Shown here: positions 1 to 9,756 of the stretch, one piece after another
Layout of the letters: each line of letters begins with the position of its first letter
Numbering within the stretch: the stretch's first letter is position 1
Origin: Pelagibacteraceae bacterium AG-404-P07
GTDB lineage: Bacteria > Pseudomonadota > Alphaproteobacteria > Pelagibacterales > Pelagibacteraceae
Direction of reading: 5' to 3'
Length of the DNA stretch: 64,000 nucleotides
Assembly (NCBI GenBank): GCA_003216235.1
Contig: QCJE01000003.1
Coordinates: 5,542 to 69,541 of the forward strand
Position numbers and translations under genes: made by a program
Notes under the pieces: generated by a model
Told to the model about the DNA's origin: nothing
What the model saw: only the letters and a program-made list of their open reading frames with translations
Databases searched by the model: none

Positions 1-1068
1 TTCGCAAAAGTCTTAGAAGAAAATAAAATTAAGTTTATTGGGGCTTCATCTAAACACATAGAGATGATGGGAGACAAAATCCAAGCAAAAAAAATAGCTA
101 AAGAGAATGGTTTGCCTGTGATTGAGGGTTCTGAAGGTGGAGTAAAAAATATAAAAGAAGCAAAAGAACTTTGTAAAAAAATTGGATTTCCAGTTTTAAT
201 CAAAGCCTCAGGTGGAGGGGGTGGAAAAGGAATGAAGATTGTTAATAAAGAAGATGAATTTGAAACCCTTTTTTCCACAGCAAAATCTGAAGCTCAAAAA
301 TATTTTGGTAATGATGAGGTATACATTGAAAAATTTTTTCAGAATCCAAGACATATTGAAGTTCAAATATTAGCTGGAAAAAATAGAACAGTACATTTAC
401 ATGAAAGAGATTGTTCAGTTCAAAGAAGACATCAAAAATTGATTGAGGAAACTCCAAGTCCAGTTTTAACAAATGAAATAAGAAAAGATCTTTTTGAAAA
501 AACAGTGAATATGGTTAGCAAGATTGGTTATGAGGGTGCAGGCACTGTTGAATTTATTTATGAGGATGGAAAATTTTATTTCTTAGAAATGAATACAAGA
601 GTTCAAGTTGAACATCCAGTATCTGAAATGGTTACAGGTATTGACATCATTAAAGAACAAATTTGGATAGCCTTTTCTGGTGAAACAGCCTTAAAACAAA
701 ATGATATAAACCCTAGAGGACATGCAATTGAATGTAGAATTAATGCTGAAGACCCAAGTAAAAATTTTCAACCATCACCAGGTATTATTGGAATGTGTCA
801 TCAACCTTCTGGCTTTAGAACAAGAGTAGACGGTGCTATTTTTCAAGGTTACAAAGTTACTCCATATTACGACAGTATGGTTTGTAAATTAATATGTCAT
901 GGAAGAAATAGAACTGAAGCTATTCAAAGAATGAATAGATCTCTAGATGAGTTTGTAATAGAAGGTATTAATACTACGATACCATTACACAAAAAACTTC
1001 TTAACCACAAAAAATTTATCAATTCAGATTTCAATGTAAGTTGGCTTGATAATGAAAAAATTATCTAA
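1..1068 (+). CDS. accC: Acetyl-CoA carboxylase biotin carboxylase subunit (5' end lies outside the window)
   Basis: The frame is open from base 1 (FAKVLEENKIKFIG...). Motifs KASGGGGGKG, ERDCSVQRRHQK, EMNTRVQVEHPV, ECRINAEDP and YYDSM are present. Confidence 0.97.
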   Translation, partial: FAKVLEENKIKFIGASSKHIEMMGDKIQAKKIAKENGLPVIEGSEGGVKNIKEAKELCKKIGFPVLIKASGGGGGKGMKIVNKEDEFETLFSTAKSEAQKYFGNDEVYIEKFFQNPRHIEVQILAGKNRTVHLHERDCSVQRRHQKLIEETPSPVLTNEIRKDLFEKTVNMVSKIGYEGAGTVEFIYEDGKFYFLEMNTRVQVEHPVSEMVTGIDIIKEQIWIAFSGETALKQNDINPRGHAIECRINAEDPSKNFQPSPGIIGMCHQPSGFRTRVDGAIFQGYKVTPYYDSMVCKLICHGRNRTEAIQRMNRSLDEFVIEGINTTIPLHKKLLNHKKFINSDFNVSWLDNEKII

Positions 1069-1472
1069 TTACAACCAACCAACCATATATCATAAACAGG
1101 ATGGTCAAATGGTGTTATTGATGGACTTGATGAAAATATCCATCCATTAAAAATAAAGACATCATCGTTATCTTTCTTTGTTAAATCTCTTACTTGAATA
1201 TAAGCAGTTATTTCTGGATTATCATCAAATTCTGAGTTTTTACATTTAAAACTTTTAATCGATAAATCTTTATATAAGAATTTTTTACCATTCTTTAATT
1301 TCACTAATTTGTTCTTTGAACTTATTTTATCTAATATTTTTATCTCCGTATTACTTCCCTCTAAACCTTCATCTGCGTTTAAATCGGAAAAAATAAAGAA
1401 AAATAGAAATAAAATTAATAAAATAAAATTATATCTAATTTGTCCAACTTTTGTATTTTTTATTAGAAGCAT
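1065..1472 (-). CDS. DUF2155-family exported protein
   Basis: Hydrophobic N-terminus, ILDKIS and C-terminal FNGWIFSSSPS...FDHPVYDIWLVGC motif; usual alphaproteobacterial position next to NDUFA12 and accC. Confidence 0.8.
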   Translation of the reverse strand: MLLIKNTKVGQIRYNFILLILFLFFFIFSDLNADEGLEGSNTEIKILDKISSKNKLVKLKNGKKFLYKDLSIKSFKCKNSEFDDNPEITAYIQVRDLTKKDNDDVFIFNGWIFSSSPSITPFDHPVYDIWLVGCN

Positions 1473-1794
1473 TTTTATTCTTATTAGGATAATAAGCAGT
1501 TTCAGTTCCAGTTAAATTTGGCTGATGTGGTTTTTGCCAATTAAATTTTTTTAAATCGTGATCTTTCTCTATCTTATTTGGAGTAAAATGCATCCATGAA
1601 TACCACTCGACTGGAATTTTTGATGCATCAACTTCGTCTGCGTATATAACCCATCTTTTACCTTTTCTACTTTCATAGTACTTGTTACCAAACGAATCTT
1701 TTCCTACAAATTTTCCATATAAAAAAGTTTTAATTCTTGTTCCAAATGTATCTCGATTCCACCAAGTGAAAATTTTTTTAAAAACTGTCAACAT
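1435..1794 (-). CDS. NADH:ubiquinone oxidoreductase accessory subunit NDUFA12 (17.2 kDa) family
   Basis: Motifs VGKDSFGNKYY, RWVIY, EWYSWMH and WQKPHQPNLTGT. Confidence 0.93.
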   Translation of the reverse strand: MLTVFKKIFTWWNRDTFGTRIKTFLYGKFVGKDSFGNKYYESRKGKRWVIYADEVDASKIPVEWYSWMHFTPNKIEKDHDLKKFNWQKPHQPNLTGTETAYYPNKNKNASNKKYKSWTN

Positions 1795-1908
1795 AAAAAA
1801 TAGTTAAAATTTCAATTTAAAATTGTATAAATTAAATTAGACTAAAATTTGAATTTGTATATAAATTAATTGAATCATAATTCAAATTAATTTTAATATT
1901 GGGGTCAA

Positions 1909-2733
1909 ATGGCAAAATACTTAGTTGAAACTTATTACACTTGTACTTTTAAAGTAAATCATTATTTGGATGATATTAATGAAAAAGAGCTCAAAAATCT
2001 TGAAAAGAGAGATGACGGGAAATTTGAGATAATCGACGTAAAATTAGATAACCGAAAAACTAAAAATCTTGATCCAAATAATAATAAAATTGTTGAAAAT
2101 AATAATATTAATATCGTTTCTGAAAATAAAAAACCAGAAACTAAAAATCTAGAAAAATATCTTCAATCTTCTAAAAGTAATTCTGAAAAATCTGGAAAAA
2201 GATTTAGTATGCCAGATAGAAGAAAAGGTTATATTCAAAAAGCTACTATAGGCAACCATAAAGTTTATTTACACACTGGTGAATATGAGGATGGTAAGAT
2301 TGGCGAAATATTTATTGATACCAGCAAAGAAGGTGAATTAGTTAAAGCTTTAATGAATAATTTTGCAATAGCAATATCATTAGGATTACAATATGGGGTG
2401 CCATTAGATGAATTTATTAGTGCATTTGTTGGAACAAAATTTGAACCTTCGGGTAAAGTTCATGGGAATGACAGAATTTTAAGTGCATCGTCAATACTAG
2501 ATTATATTTTTAGAGAGCTCGCTATTTCTTACCAAAATAGAGAAGATTTAGCTCACACTCCATCTATCGGAAATTCTGAACAAACAAATTCAGATGAAAA
2601 TAATTCAGAAGATCAGAATCAATTATTAAAGATTGTTAAGGATATAACTAGTAAAGGTTTTGTAAGAAATAATTACAAAAAAAATTTAGTGGATTTGTCA
2701 GATGTAAAAATAAATCTAAAGGGTAAGAAATAA
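1909..2733 (+). CDS. Stand-alone TSCPD-domain protein (C-terminal domain of class II ribonucleotide reductase NrdJ) with an unrelated N-terminal segment
   Basis: [34 protein letters not shown]...[20 protein letters not shown]...FEPSG...[14 protein letters not shown] matches the alphaproteobacterial NrdJ C-terminal region. There is no catalytic barrel (only 274 aa). Confidence 0.8.
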   Translation: MAKYLVETYYTCTFKVNHYLDDINEKELKNLEKRDDGKFEIIDVKLDNRKTKNLDPNNNKIVENNNINIVSENKKPETKNLEKYLQSSKSNSEKSGKRFSMPDRRKGYIQKATIGNHKVYLHTGEYEDGKIGEIFIDTSKEGELVKALMNNFAIAISLGLQYGVPLDEFISAFVGTKFEPSGKVHGNDRILSASSILDYIFRELAISYQNREDLAHTPSIGNSEQTNSDENNSEDQNQLLKIVKDITSKGFVRNNYKKNLVDLSDVKINLKGKK

Positions 2734-2734
2734 T

Positions 2735-4513
2735 CTATTTCTTTAATTTTAGAGATAAATTCAATTCCTTAAGTTGTTTTTCGTCCACATTTGAAGGTGC
2801 ATTCATCATCAGATCTTGTGCATTTTGATTCATTGGAAACATGGTTACTTCTCTAATATTTTTTTCATTTGCTAAAAGCATTACAATTCTATCTATGCCC
2901 GGAGCGATACCACCATGTGGTGGTGCACCATAACTAAGTGCAGTTATCATGCCACTAAATTTATTATCAACATCTTTTTTATTATATCCTGCTATTGAAA
3001 AAAGTTTATACATTAACTCTGGAATATGATTTCTTATTGCCCCAGATGATAATTCCACTCCATTACACACAATATCGTATTGATAGGCAAAAATTTCTAG
3101 AGGTTTTTCAAAATCTATTTTATTTAAATCTCCTTGTGGCATTGAAAAAGGATTGTGACTAAATTCTATTTTCTTCGTCTCTTCATTTTTTTCAAACATT
3201 GGGTAATCAACTATCCAGCAAAAAGCGAAAAGATTCTCATCAACTAAATCTAGATCGTTAGCAATTTTATCTCTTGCCAAAGATGTAATTTTTTCTACAT
3301 CTGCTTTTTTACCACAAGCAAAAAATATACTATCACCTACTTCTGCATCAGTTATTTTCATTATTTCTGCTAGAGCCTCTCTAGAAAAAAATTTTCCCAC
3401 TGGTCCTTTTGCAGAAATATCTTTATCAATGGTAAAGTAAGCTAACCCCGAGGCTCCTTGGTCTTTTGCCCATTTATCAATATTATCGAAAAAACTTCTT
3501 GGCTTATCTTTTGTATTTTTTGTAACAATACATCTAACCTTTGAGCCTGAATTTACTAGTTTTTTAAATATTTCAAACTTTACGTCATCCCTTGTAAAAA
3601 TTTCTGTAATATCATTTATAATTAATGGGTTTCTTAAATCAGGTTTATCTGTTCCATATTTTAATAAGGCATCTAAGTAAGAAATTTTAGGAAATTTTTC
3701 AGAAATTAATTTTTTGTTTGAAAACTTTTTAAAAGTATTTATTAATAATTTCTCTACTACGTCAAATACATCTTCTTGTTCAACAAAAGACATTTCTAAA
3801 TCTAATTGATAAAATTCACCTGGGCTTCTATCTGCTCTAGCATCCTCATCTCTAAAACAGGGGGCAATTTGAAAATACTTATCAAATCCCGAAACCATTA
3901 TAAGTTGTTTAAATTGCTGTGGTGCTTGAGGGAGTGCATAGAATTTTCCTGGATTTAATCTACTTGGTACAAGAAAATCTCTTGCACCCTCTGGACTAGA
4001 TGATGTTAATATGGGTGTTTGAAATTCTAGAAAACCTAATTTACCCATCTCTTCTCTAATGAATGAAATTACTTTTGATCTTAAAATTATATTTTCATGA
4101 ATTTTTTTTCTTCTTAAATCTAAAAATCTGTACTTTAATCTTATTTCTTCTGCATATTCTTGATCACTAAAAACAGGCATAGGTAACTCTTTACATTTTC
4201 CTAAAATTTCAAAACTTTTTATTGAAACTTCTATTTCACCCGTACGAATATCTTTATTAATGGTTTCATTTGATCTTTTTAAAACGTTTCCTTGTATTTT
4301 TATCACCGTTTCAAGTTGAATTTTTTCCAATTGACTAAATTTTGAATTTTCTTGATCAATTATACATTGAGTAACACCATAATTATCTCTTAAATCAATA
4401 AATAAAAGATTTCCATGGTCTCTTTTCTTATTAATCCAGCCAGATAGAACAACGTTATTCCCAACATTTTTTTCTCTTAATTCATTGCAAGTGTGAGTTC
4501 TATATTTATTCAA
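2735..4513 (-). CDS. aspS: Aspartate--tRNA ligase
   Basis: Motifs RTHTC, RDHGNLLFIDLRD, EGARDFLVPSR, ALPQAPQQFKQ, CFRDED and APPHGGIAPGIDR; TTG start. Confidence 0.98.
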   Translation of the reverse strand: MNKYRTHTCNELREKNVGNNVVLSGWINKKRDHGNLLFIDLRDNYGVTQCIIDQENSKFSQLEKIQLETVIKIQGNVLKRSNETINKDIRTGEIEVSIKSFEILGKCKELPMPVFSDQEYAEEIRLKYRFLDLRRKKIHENIILRSKVISFIREEMGKLGFLEFQTPILTSSSPEGARDFLVPSRLNPGKFYALPQAPQQFKQLIMVSGFDKYFQIAPCFRDEDARADRSPGEFYQLDLEMSFVEQEDVFDVVEKLLINTFKKFSNKKLISEKFPKISYLDALLKYGTDKPDLRNPLIINDITEIFTRDDVKFEIFKKLVNSGSKVRCIVTKNTKDKPRSFFDNIDKWAKDQGASGLAYFTIDKDISAKGPVGKFFSREALAEIMKITDAEVGDSIFFACGKKADVEKITSLARDKIANDLDLVDENLFAFCWIVDYPMFEKNEETKKIEFSHNPFSMPQGDLNKIDFEKPLEIFAYQYDIVCNGVELSSGAIRNHIPELMYKLFSIAGYNKKDVDNKFSGMITALSYGAPPHGGIAPGIDRIVMLLANEKNIREVTMFPMNQNAQDLMMNAPSNVDEKQLKELNLSLKLKK

Positions 4514-5176
4514 CTATTCTCCTAAAACCTCTTTTATAATTTTAAAATCAATTGGTTTTTTCTTTTTTAAACTTGTTTCATCAATTTTATATATGAAATC
4601 AAATATTTTGCTATAGGATCTATCTATTCTTTTTACAATGAAATTAATTAATTTTTTGTCTATCAAAATTTGACGATCCGATAAATTTTTTAATATAATA
4701 GCATAAATCAAGTCATCATCAGGTTTTTCTATATTTTGTAAAAGGAAGTTTTTGGCTCTTGATTTTAAATCATCTAGCTGAAAATTTATATCTACTATTG
4801 GTTTATTAGATGTAACAATCAAATACATACCTTCTTGATCAATTATATTTATTAAAGTATACAAAAGTTTTTCATTAATATTTAAATCTACATTTTCTAA
4901 TATAATGTTTCTAAAACTTTTAATATTTACTAAATTTTCATTATTCAATTGATTTGACTCTAATATAAGTCCTCCCTTTTCTTTTAAAAAAATATTAATT
5001 AGATGTGTTTTTCCAGAGAATCTTTCTCCAATTACATTTAGAAAGTTTTTATCCCAATTGGGCCAATTATTAAATAAATCTAAGACATGTTTATTGCTAC
5101 TAGAAACATAGAAATCATCATACTTAAAATTTTTATCATGATTAAACTTAATAATATTTTGCTTTAAATTTTTCAT
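4514..5176 (-). CDS. hda: DnaA regulatory inactivator Hda/HdaA-like AAA+ protein
   Basis: DFYVSSSN, P-loop GERFSGKTHL, DLKSR and RIDRS; usual position divergent from purM. Start placed at ATG 5176. Confidence 0.8.
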   Translation of the reverse strand: MKNLKQNIIKFNHDKNFKYDDFYVSSSNKHVLDLFNNWPNWDKNFLNVIGERFSGKTHLINIFLKEKGGLILESNQLNNENLVNIKSFRNIILENVDLNINEKLLYTLINIIDQEGMYLIVTSNKPIVDINFQLDDLKSRAKNFLLQNIEKPDDDLIYAIILKNLSDRQILIDKKLINFIVKRIDRSYSKIFDFIYKIDETSLKKKKPIDFKIIKEVLGE

Positions 5177-6252
5177 TTTAAAATCCAAACGTTTTTTTGA
5201 GTATCAAAATTAAAATAATGATTTTCCATTAGTTTTAAAAAATTATTTGGTGTACTGTTAAATATAATTCTATAATATATAAAATCTTTATCAAATTTTT
5301 GAATGTTAAAATTATAAATCAAATCCATTTCTTCTAAAACTTTTTCAAAATTAGAAATTTTCTTCACATATTTTGTATTAATCTTTATATTTATTGGTAA
5401 TTTTATAGAAGTATTTATCAAATTAAAATTTTTCCAATAATCCTCATAAATTATTTTCATTTCATCTATTATTTTTTTTACATGATCATCATTATTCAAA
5501 TCATGTTTTGAAAATGATTTATTTTTTAATACCAATTCATTATTTAATGATATTTTAGATAAAAGTCTTATATTTTGATTGTTTACAAATATTAATGCAA
5601 TTACTGAGTCTTCTAAATTATACTTTTGAATTATTTCTTTAAAATCGTAGTCTTCAATAAATTCAAACTTACTTTTGATATTATTTATATCTTCTAGATC
5701 TTCTGTAGGAAGAATATATTCTATTAAATGATTACTTTTTTGATAAATGTTCCACTGATTGAATATTTTATTATTTGAAAATATTAAAAGATCTTTTTTA
5801 TTTTCATCAATTATAATTGGAATAAAAAAAATCTTTTTTTTTAAAGGTGTTGATGGAAAAACATTTTTTTTCTCTAAGTAACTAAGAAGTTTTTTTTTAT
5901 TGAATGATACATCCAAATTCACATAATATAGTTCATCAATAAATTTTTCTTCTTTAATAGAAAAAGTTTCTATCATTTCTTTTAACTCATTTTGCGTAAT
6001 TTGGTTTACTTTGTTTTGATCAACCGAAGTAACTATTTGTAAGATCAGCTCAAAGTATGCTTTTTCGAATCCTCTTATAATTACATTGTTTTTATCAAAA
6101 TTTATCTCAAATGGCTCTGATATCTCAATATTGTAAACATTAAATGATTTAGCTTGAATTTTGTCTGTGGAAAAAAAAAATAAAATTAGAGATAGTGTTA
6201 AAAAAAAATTATATAAGTTTTTTGTAAAAATTATTTTAAATTTTAACATCAT
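5173..6252 (-). CDS. Exported hypothetical protein, DUF2066-like
   Basis: Signal-peptide-like N-terminus; lies between purM and hda, where DUF2066 proteins usually sit in alphaproteobacteria. Confidence 0.55.
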   Translation of the reverse strand: MMLKFKIIFTKNLYNFFLTLSLILFFFSTDKIQAKSFNVYNIEISEPFEINFDKNNVIIRGFEKAYFELILQIVTSVDQNKVNQITQNELKEMIETFSIKEEKFIDELYYVNLDVSFNKKKLLSYLEKKNVFPSTPLKKKIFFIPIIIDENKKDLLIFSNNKIFNQWNIYQKSNHLIEYILPTEDLEDINNIKSKFEFIEDYDFKEIIQKYNLEDSVIALIFVNNQNIRLLSKISLNNELVLKNKSFSKHDLNNDDHVKKIIDEMKIIYEDYWKNFNLINTSIKLPINIKINTKYVKKISNFEKVLEEMDLIYNFNIQKFDKDFIYYRIIFNSTPNNFLKLMENHYFNFDTQKNVWILK

Positions 6253-6261
6253 TTTATAATA

Positions 6262-7290
6262 ATGAATAAAAACTCTTTTACATATAAAAAAAGTGGTGTT
6301 GATATAAATGCTGCAGATAGATTTGTAAAATTCATTTCAAACATTACATCAAAAAAAAGGGGCAAAAAAAAGTTTAACAATATTGGTGGGTTTGGATCAA
6401 TAACTGATATCCCAAAAAATATAAAAAACCCCAAAATTGTAGCGTGTACGGATGGAGTTGGTACCAAAATTGAAATCGCAAATATGATTAAAAAGTATGA
6501 CACCATTGGTATTGATCTGGTGGCAATGAGTGTAAATGATTTAATTGTTCAAGGCGCAATACCTCTTTTTTTTTTAGATTATATTTCTATTAACAAAATT
6601 AATTTAAAAAAATTAAAATCAATTATTAAAGGAATAAAAAAAGGATGTGATATTTCAAAATGTGAATTAGTAGGTGGTGAAACAGCTGAAATGCCTGATA
6701 CATACGAAAAAGATAAATTTGATATTGCTGGTTTTGCTGTTGGTATTGTTGATAAAAAAAAAATTTTAAAACAAAAAAAAATAAAAAAAAATAATCTTAT
6801 TTTGGCTGTTCCATCAAGTGGATTACATTCAAATGGATATTCTCTAGTAAGATATGTCTTAAAGAAAAATAAAATTAATGTCGCAAAAAATAATTTTTTA
6901 AAAAAAGAATTGATTAGACCAACCAAAATATATGTAAAAGAAGTACTTAACTTAATTCAAAAAAATTTACTAAATGGTTGTGCTAATATAACTGGTGGAG
7001 GAATCTCAGATAATTTAAAGAGAATAATTCCTGACAAACTTTGTGCGGAAATTGATTTAAAAAAAATTAAACCAACTAAGATTTTTAATTGGCTTAAAAA
7101 AAATAAGATTAATGATCAAGAAATGTTAAAAACTTTTAATTGTGGTGTTGGATTTTGTTTAATTATAAATCATGATAATTTAGAAAAAGTTAAAAATTAT
7201 TTTTCAAAACCGTATAAACCTTACGTTATTGGAAAAATAATCACTGGAAAAAATAAGATATTATTAAATGACAAAATTCCTTGGTTCTAA
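6262..7290 (+). CDS. purM: Phosphoribosylformylglycinamidine cyclo-ligase (AIR synthase)
   Basis: Motifs YKKSGVDI, TDGVGTK, GGETAEMP, SSGLHSNGYSL and TFNCGVG. Confidence 0.97.
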   Translation: MNKNSFTYKKSGVDINAADRFVKFISNITSKKRGKKKFNNIGGFGSITDIPKNIKNPKIVACTDGVGTKIEIANMIKKYDTIGIDLVAMSVNDLIVQGAIPLFFLDYISINKINLKKLKSIIKGIKKGCDISKCELVGGETAEMPDTYEKDKFDIAGFAVGIVDKKKILKQKKIKKNNLILAVPSSGLHSNGYSLVRYVLKKNKINVAKNNFLKKELIRPTKIYVKEVLNLIQKNLLNGCANITGGGISDNLKRIIPDKLCAEIDLKKIKPTKIFNWLKKNKINDQEMLKTFNCGVGFCLIINHDNLEKVKNYFSKPYKPYVIGKIITGKNKILLNDKIPWF

Positions 7291-7846
7291 ACGAATTTTC
7301 ACTGCAGTTTTTATTTCTGGCACAGGCACAAATTTAAAAAATTTAATTAAGTTTTCATTAACGAAAAAATCTCCAATAACTGTCAAAGCTGTGATATCAA
7401 ATAAAAATGAAGCTAAAGGTCTTAATTATGCAAAAAAATATAAAATTAAGATAAGAATTTTTAAATTTGATAATAATGACGATAGAGAAATTTTAAATTT
7501 TTTAAAAAAAGAAAAAATAAAATTGATCTGTCTTGCAGGGTTTATGAAGATTTTATCTAAAAAATTTATTCAAAAATTTGAAGGTAAAATTTTAAACATA
7601 CATCCTTCGCTTTTACCAAAATACAAAGGATTAAATACTCATAAAAGGGTTATTAATAGAAATGAAAAATTTTCTGGCTGTACAGTCCATCTAGTAAATT
7701 CAAAACTAGATAGTGGTAAGATAATTTTACAAAAAAAAGTAAAAGTATTTAAAAGAGATACTTCAAGCAAACTAGCCAAAAGGATACTAAAACAAGAACA
7801 TATTATATATCCTAAAGCTATATTAAAGCTAATATCTAATCTTTAA
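7268..7846 (+). CDS. purN: Phosphoribosylglycinamide formyltransferase
   Basis: Motifs ISGTGTNL, LAGFMKIL, NIHPSLLP and GCTVH...LDSG; follows purM. Confidence 0.96.
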   Translation: MTKFLGSKRIFTAVFISGTGTNLKNLIKFSLTKKSPITVKAVISNKNEAKGLNYAKKYKIKIRIFKFDNNDDREILNFLKKEKIKLICLAGFMKILSKKFIQKFEGKILNIHPSLLPKYKGLNTHKRVINRNEKFSGCTVHLVNSKLDSGKIILQKKVKVFKRDTSSKLAKRILKQEHIIYPKAILKLISNL

Positions 7847-8246
7847 AAAAAAATCCTATTTCAATTTTAGCATTGTCAATGCTATCCGAACCATGAACAG
7901 AATTTTTATCAATTGAAATTCCATATTTTTTTCTAATTGTACCATCTTTTGCATCTTTAGGATTTGTTGCGCCCATTAATTCTCGATTCCCTACAACTGC
8001 ATTTTCTTTTTCTAGTATCATTACTACTATTGGACCAGATGAAAGATATGTGCAAAGATCATTATAAAAAGGCTTTGTTTCATGAACTTTATAAAATTTT
8101 TCAGCCTCTGCTTTTTCAATTTGAATTTTTTTATCTTTTATAATTTTAAAACCTTTACTTTTAAAAATTTCTTTAATTTCATTTTCTAGTTTTCTTTCAA
8201 CAGCATCTGGTTTTATTATTGAAAGTGTTTGTTCTACATTACTCAT
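7836..8246 (-). CDS. ndk: Nucleoside-diphosphate kinase
   Basis: Motifs TLSIIKPDAV, MGATNP, GTIR and NSVHGSDS. Confidence 0.97.
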   Translation of the reverse strand: MSNVEQTLSIIKPDAVERKLENEIKEIFKSKGFKIIKDKKIQIEKAEAEKFYKVHETKPFYNDLCTYLSSGPIVVMILEKENAVVGNRELMGATNPKDAKDGTIRKKYGISIDKNSVHGSDSIDNAKIEIGFFFKD

Positions 8247-9708
8247 AGTTATCCTCTATTAATTTATTTAACAATCTTACTCCAAATCCTGTTGCACCAC
8301 CTGAATTTAATGCTCCTCCATATTTTGAAAAAGCCATTCCAGCTATATCTAAGTGAGCCCAAGGAGTTTTATTCAAAATAAATCTTTGTAAAAATTGAGC
8401 CGCTGTTGTAGATCCTGCTCCTCCAACATAATTTATATTTTGTACATCGGCATTTTTTGAATCAATTAATTTGTCGTAATTATTATGAAGTGGCATTCTC
8501 CAAACTTTCTCACCTACTTTTTCACCAGAATCAAAAATTTGTTTTGATAGTTTATCGTTATTCGAAAAAAGTCCCGCATATTCAGAGCCTAAGGATACTA
8601 TTATAGCTCCAGTTAAAGTTGCTAAATCAACAATAAATTGTGGTTTAAATTTTTTTTCAGTAAATGTTAATGCATCCGCTAACACTAGTCTTCCTTCTGC
8701 ATCGGTATTAAGTATTTCTATTGTTTTTCCACTATAAGATTTAACAATATCACCAGGTCTTTGTGCATTGCCTCCTGGCATATTTTCTACGAGTCCAACC
8801 ACTCCAACAGCATTAATTTTTGCTTTTCTTTTTGCAAAATTTTTCATTAGACCAACAACGACTGCTGATCCAGCCATATCATATGTCATATCTTCCATAA
8901 ACTTTGCAGGTTTTAACGAAATACCTCCTGTATCAAAACAAACACCTTTCCCCACAAACCCTAATGGTCTCTTATTAGATTTTGCACCTTTCCATTCGAG
9001 TGTTACTAAATATGAGCCTCTAATACTCCCTTGTCCAACTCCTAAAATTGCATTCATTCCTAATTTTTTTAATTTTTTTTGATCATATACATTTATTTTC
9101 AATCCATATTTTCTTAAAGAAATTAATCTTTTTGCATATTCATCTGGATGTAATACATTGCCTGGTTCTGAGACGAGATCTTTAGCAAAAGTAATTCCAT
9201 CAATTAAAGACTCAAATCTTTTATTTTTATTATAATTGAAATTTTTGCTTTTGAATGAGATGTTAATTTCATAATTTTCTAAATCTTTTTTTGTCTTATA
9301 TTTATTAAAACTATATGATTTTAATTTAACTCCATGAAAAAACTCATCTATAAAATTTTTATTTTTTTTTAAAATATCTGAAAAATTATCCTCTAAGAAC
9401 GTTGAATTTAAGATGGAATTTGATTTAATAAAATTAAAAAACTCTGCTCCTTTTTTTTCATTAGATAATGCTGAAAAATTATTCTTCAATTTTATTAAAA
9501 TAATCTTTTGAGTTGGATTGAGATTAAAGATCAATATATCTTTCTTTCGAGATTTACTGACATTTATTGTTTTACCAATATTGCTTGAAAAATGACTTAA
9601 AGAGAGCTTATTTAAACTATTTATCTTAAATTCCTCATTAGAAAACAAGACGTAATTTTTAATAGATGCATCATTAATGCTTTTTTTGACATTTATTTTA
9701 ATTGGCAT
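8239..9708 (-). CDS. pepA: Leucyl aminopeptidase (M17)
   Basis: Motifs VGKGVCFDTGGISLK, DMAGSA, NTDAEGRLVLAD and WAHLDIAG. Confidence 0.96.
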   Translation of the reverse strand: MPIKINVKKSINDASIKNYVLFSNEEFKINSLNKLSLSHFSSNIGKTINVSKSRKKDILIFNLNPTQKIILIKLKNNFSALSNEKKGAEFFNFIKSNSILNSTFLEDNFSDILKKNKNFIDEFFHGVKLKSYSFNKYKTKKDLENYEINISFKSKNFNYNKNKRFESLIDGITFAKDLVSEPGNVLHPDEYAKRLISLRKYGLKINVYDQKKLKKLGMNAILGVGQGSIRGSYLVTLEWKGAKSNKRPLGFVGKGVCFDTGGISLKPAKFMEDMTYDMAGSAVVVGLMKNFAKRKAKINAVGVVGLVENMPGGNAQRPGDIVKSYSGKTIEILNTDAEGRLVLADALTFTEKKFKPQFIVDLATLTGAIIVSLGSEYAGLFSNNDKLSKQIFDSGEKVGEKVWRMPLHNNYDKLIDSKNADVQNINYVGGAGSTTAAQFLQRFILNKTPWAHLDIAGMAFSKYGGALNSGGATGFGVRLLNKLIEDNYE

Positions 9709-9756
9709 AAAAGAGTTATAATTGAATGGTGTATATTTAGAAATAAAATATTTTCA

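Noticed and set aside
1795-1908. NrdR boxes or a B12 riboswitch upstream of the NrdJ-like fragment; TTGAAT-N4-ATTCAA dyad at 1870-1885
   Set aside because: I could see no NrdR consensus or cobalamin riboswitch core. The region is extremely AT-rich, so short dyads are expected by chance.
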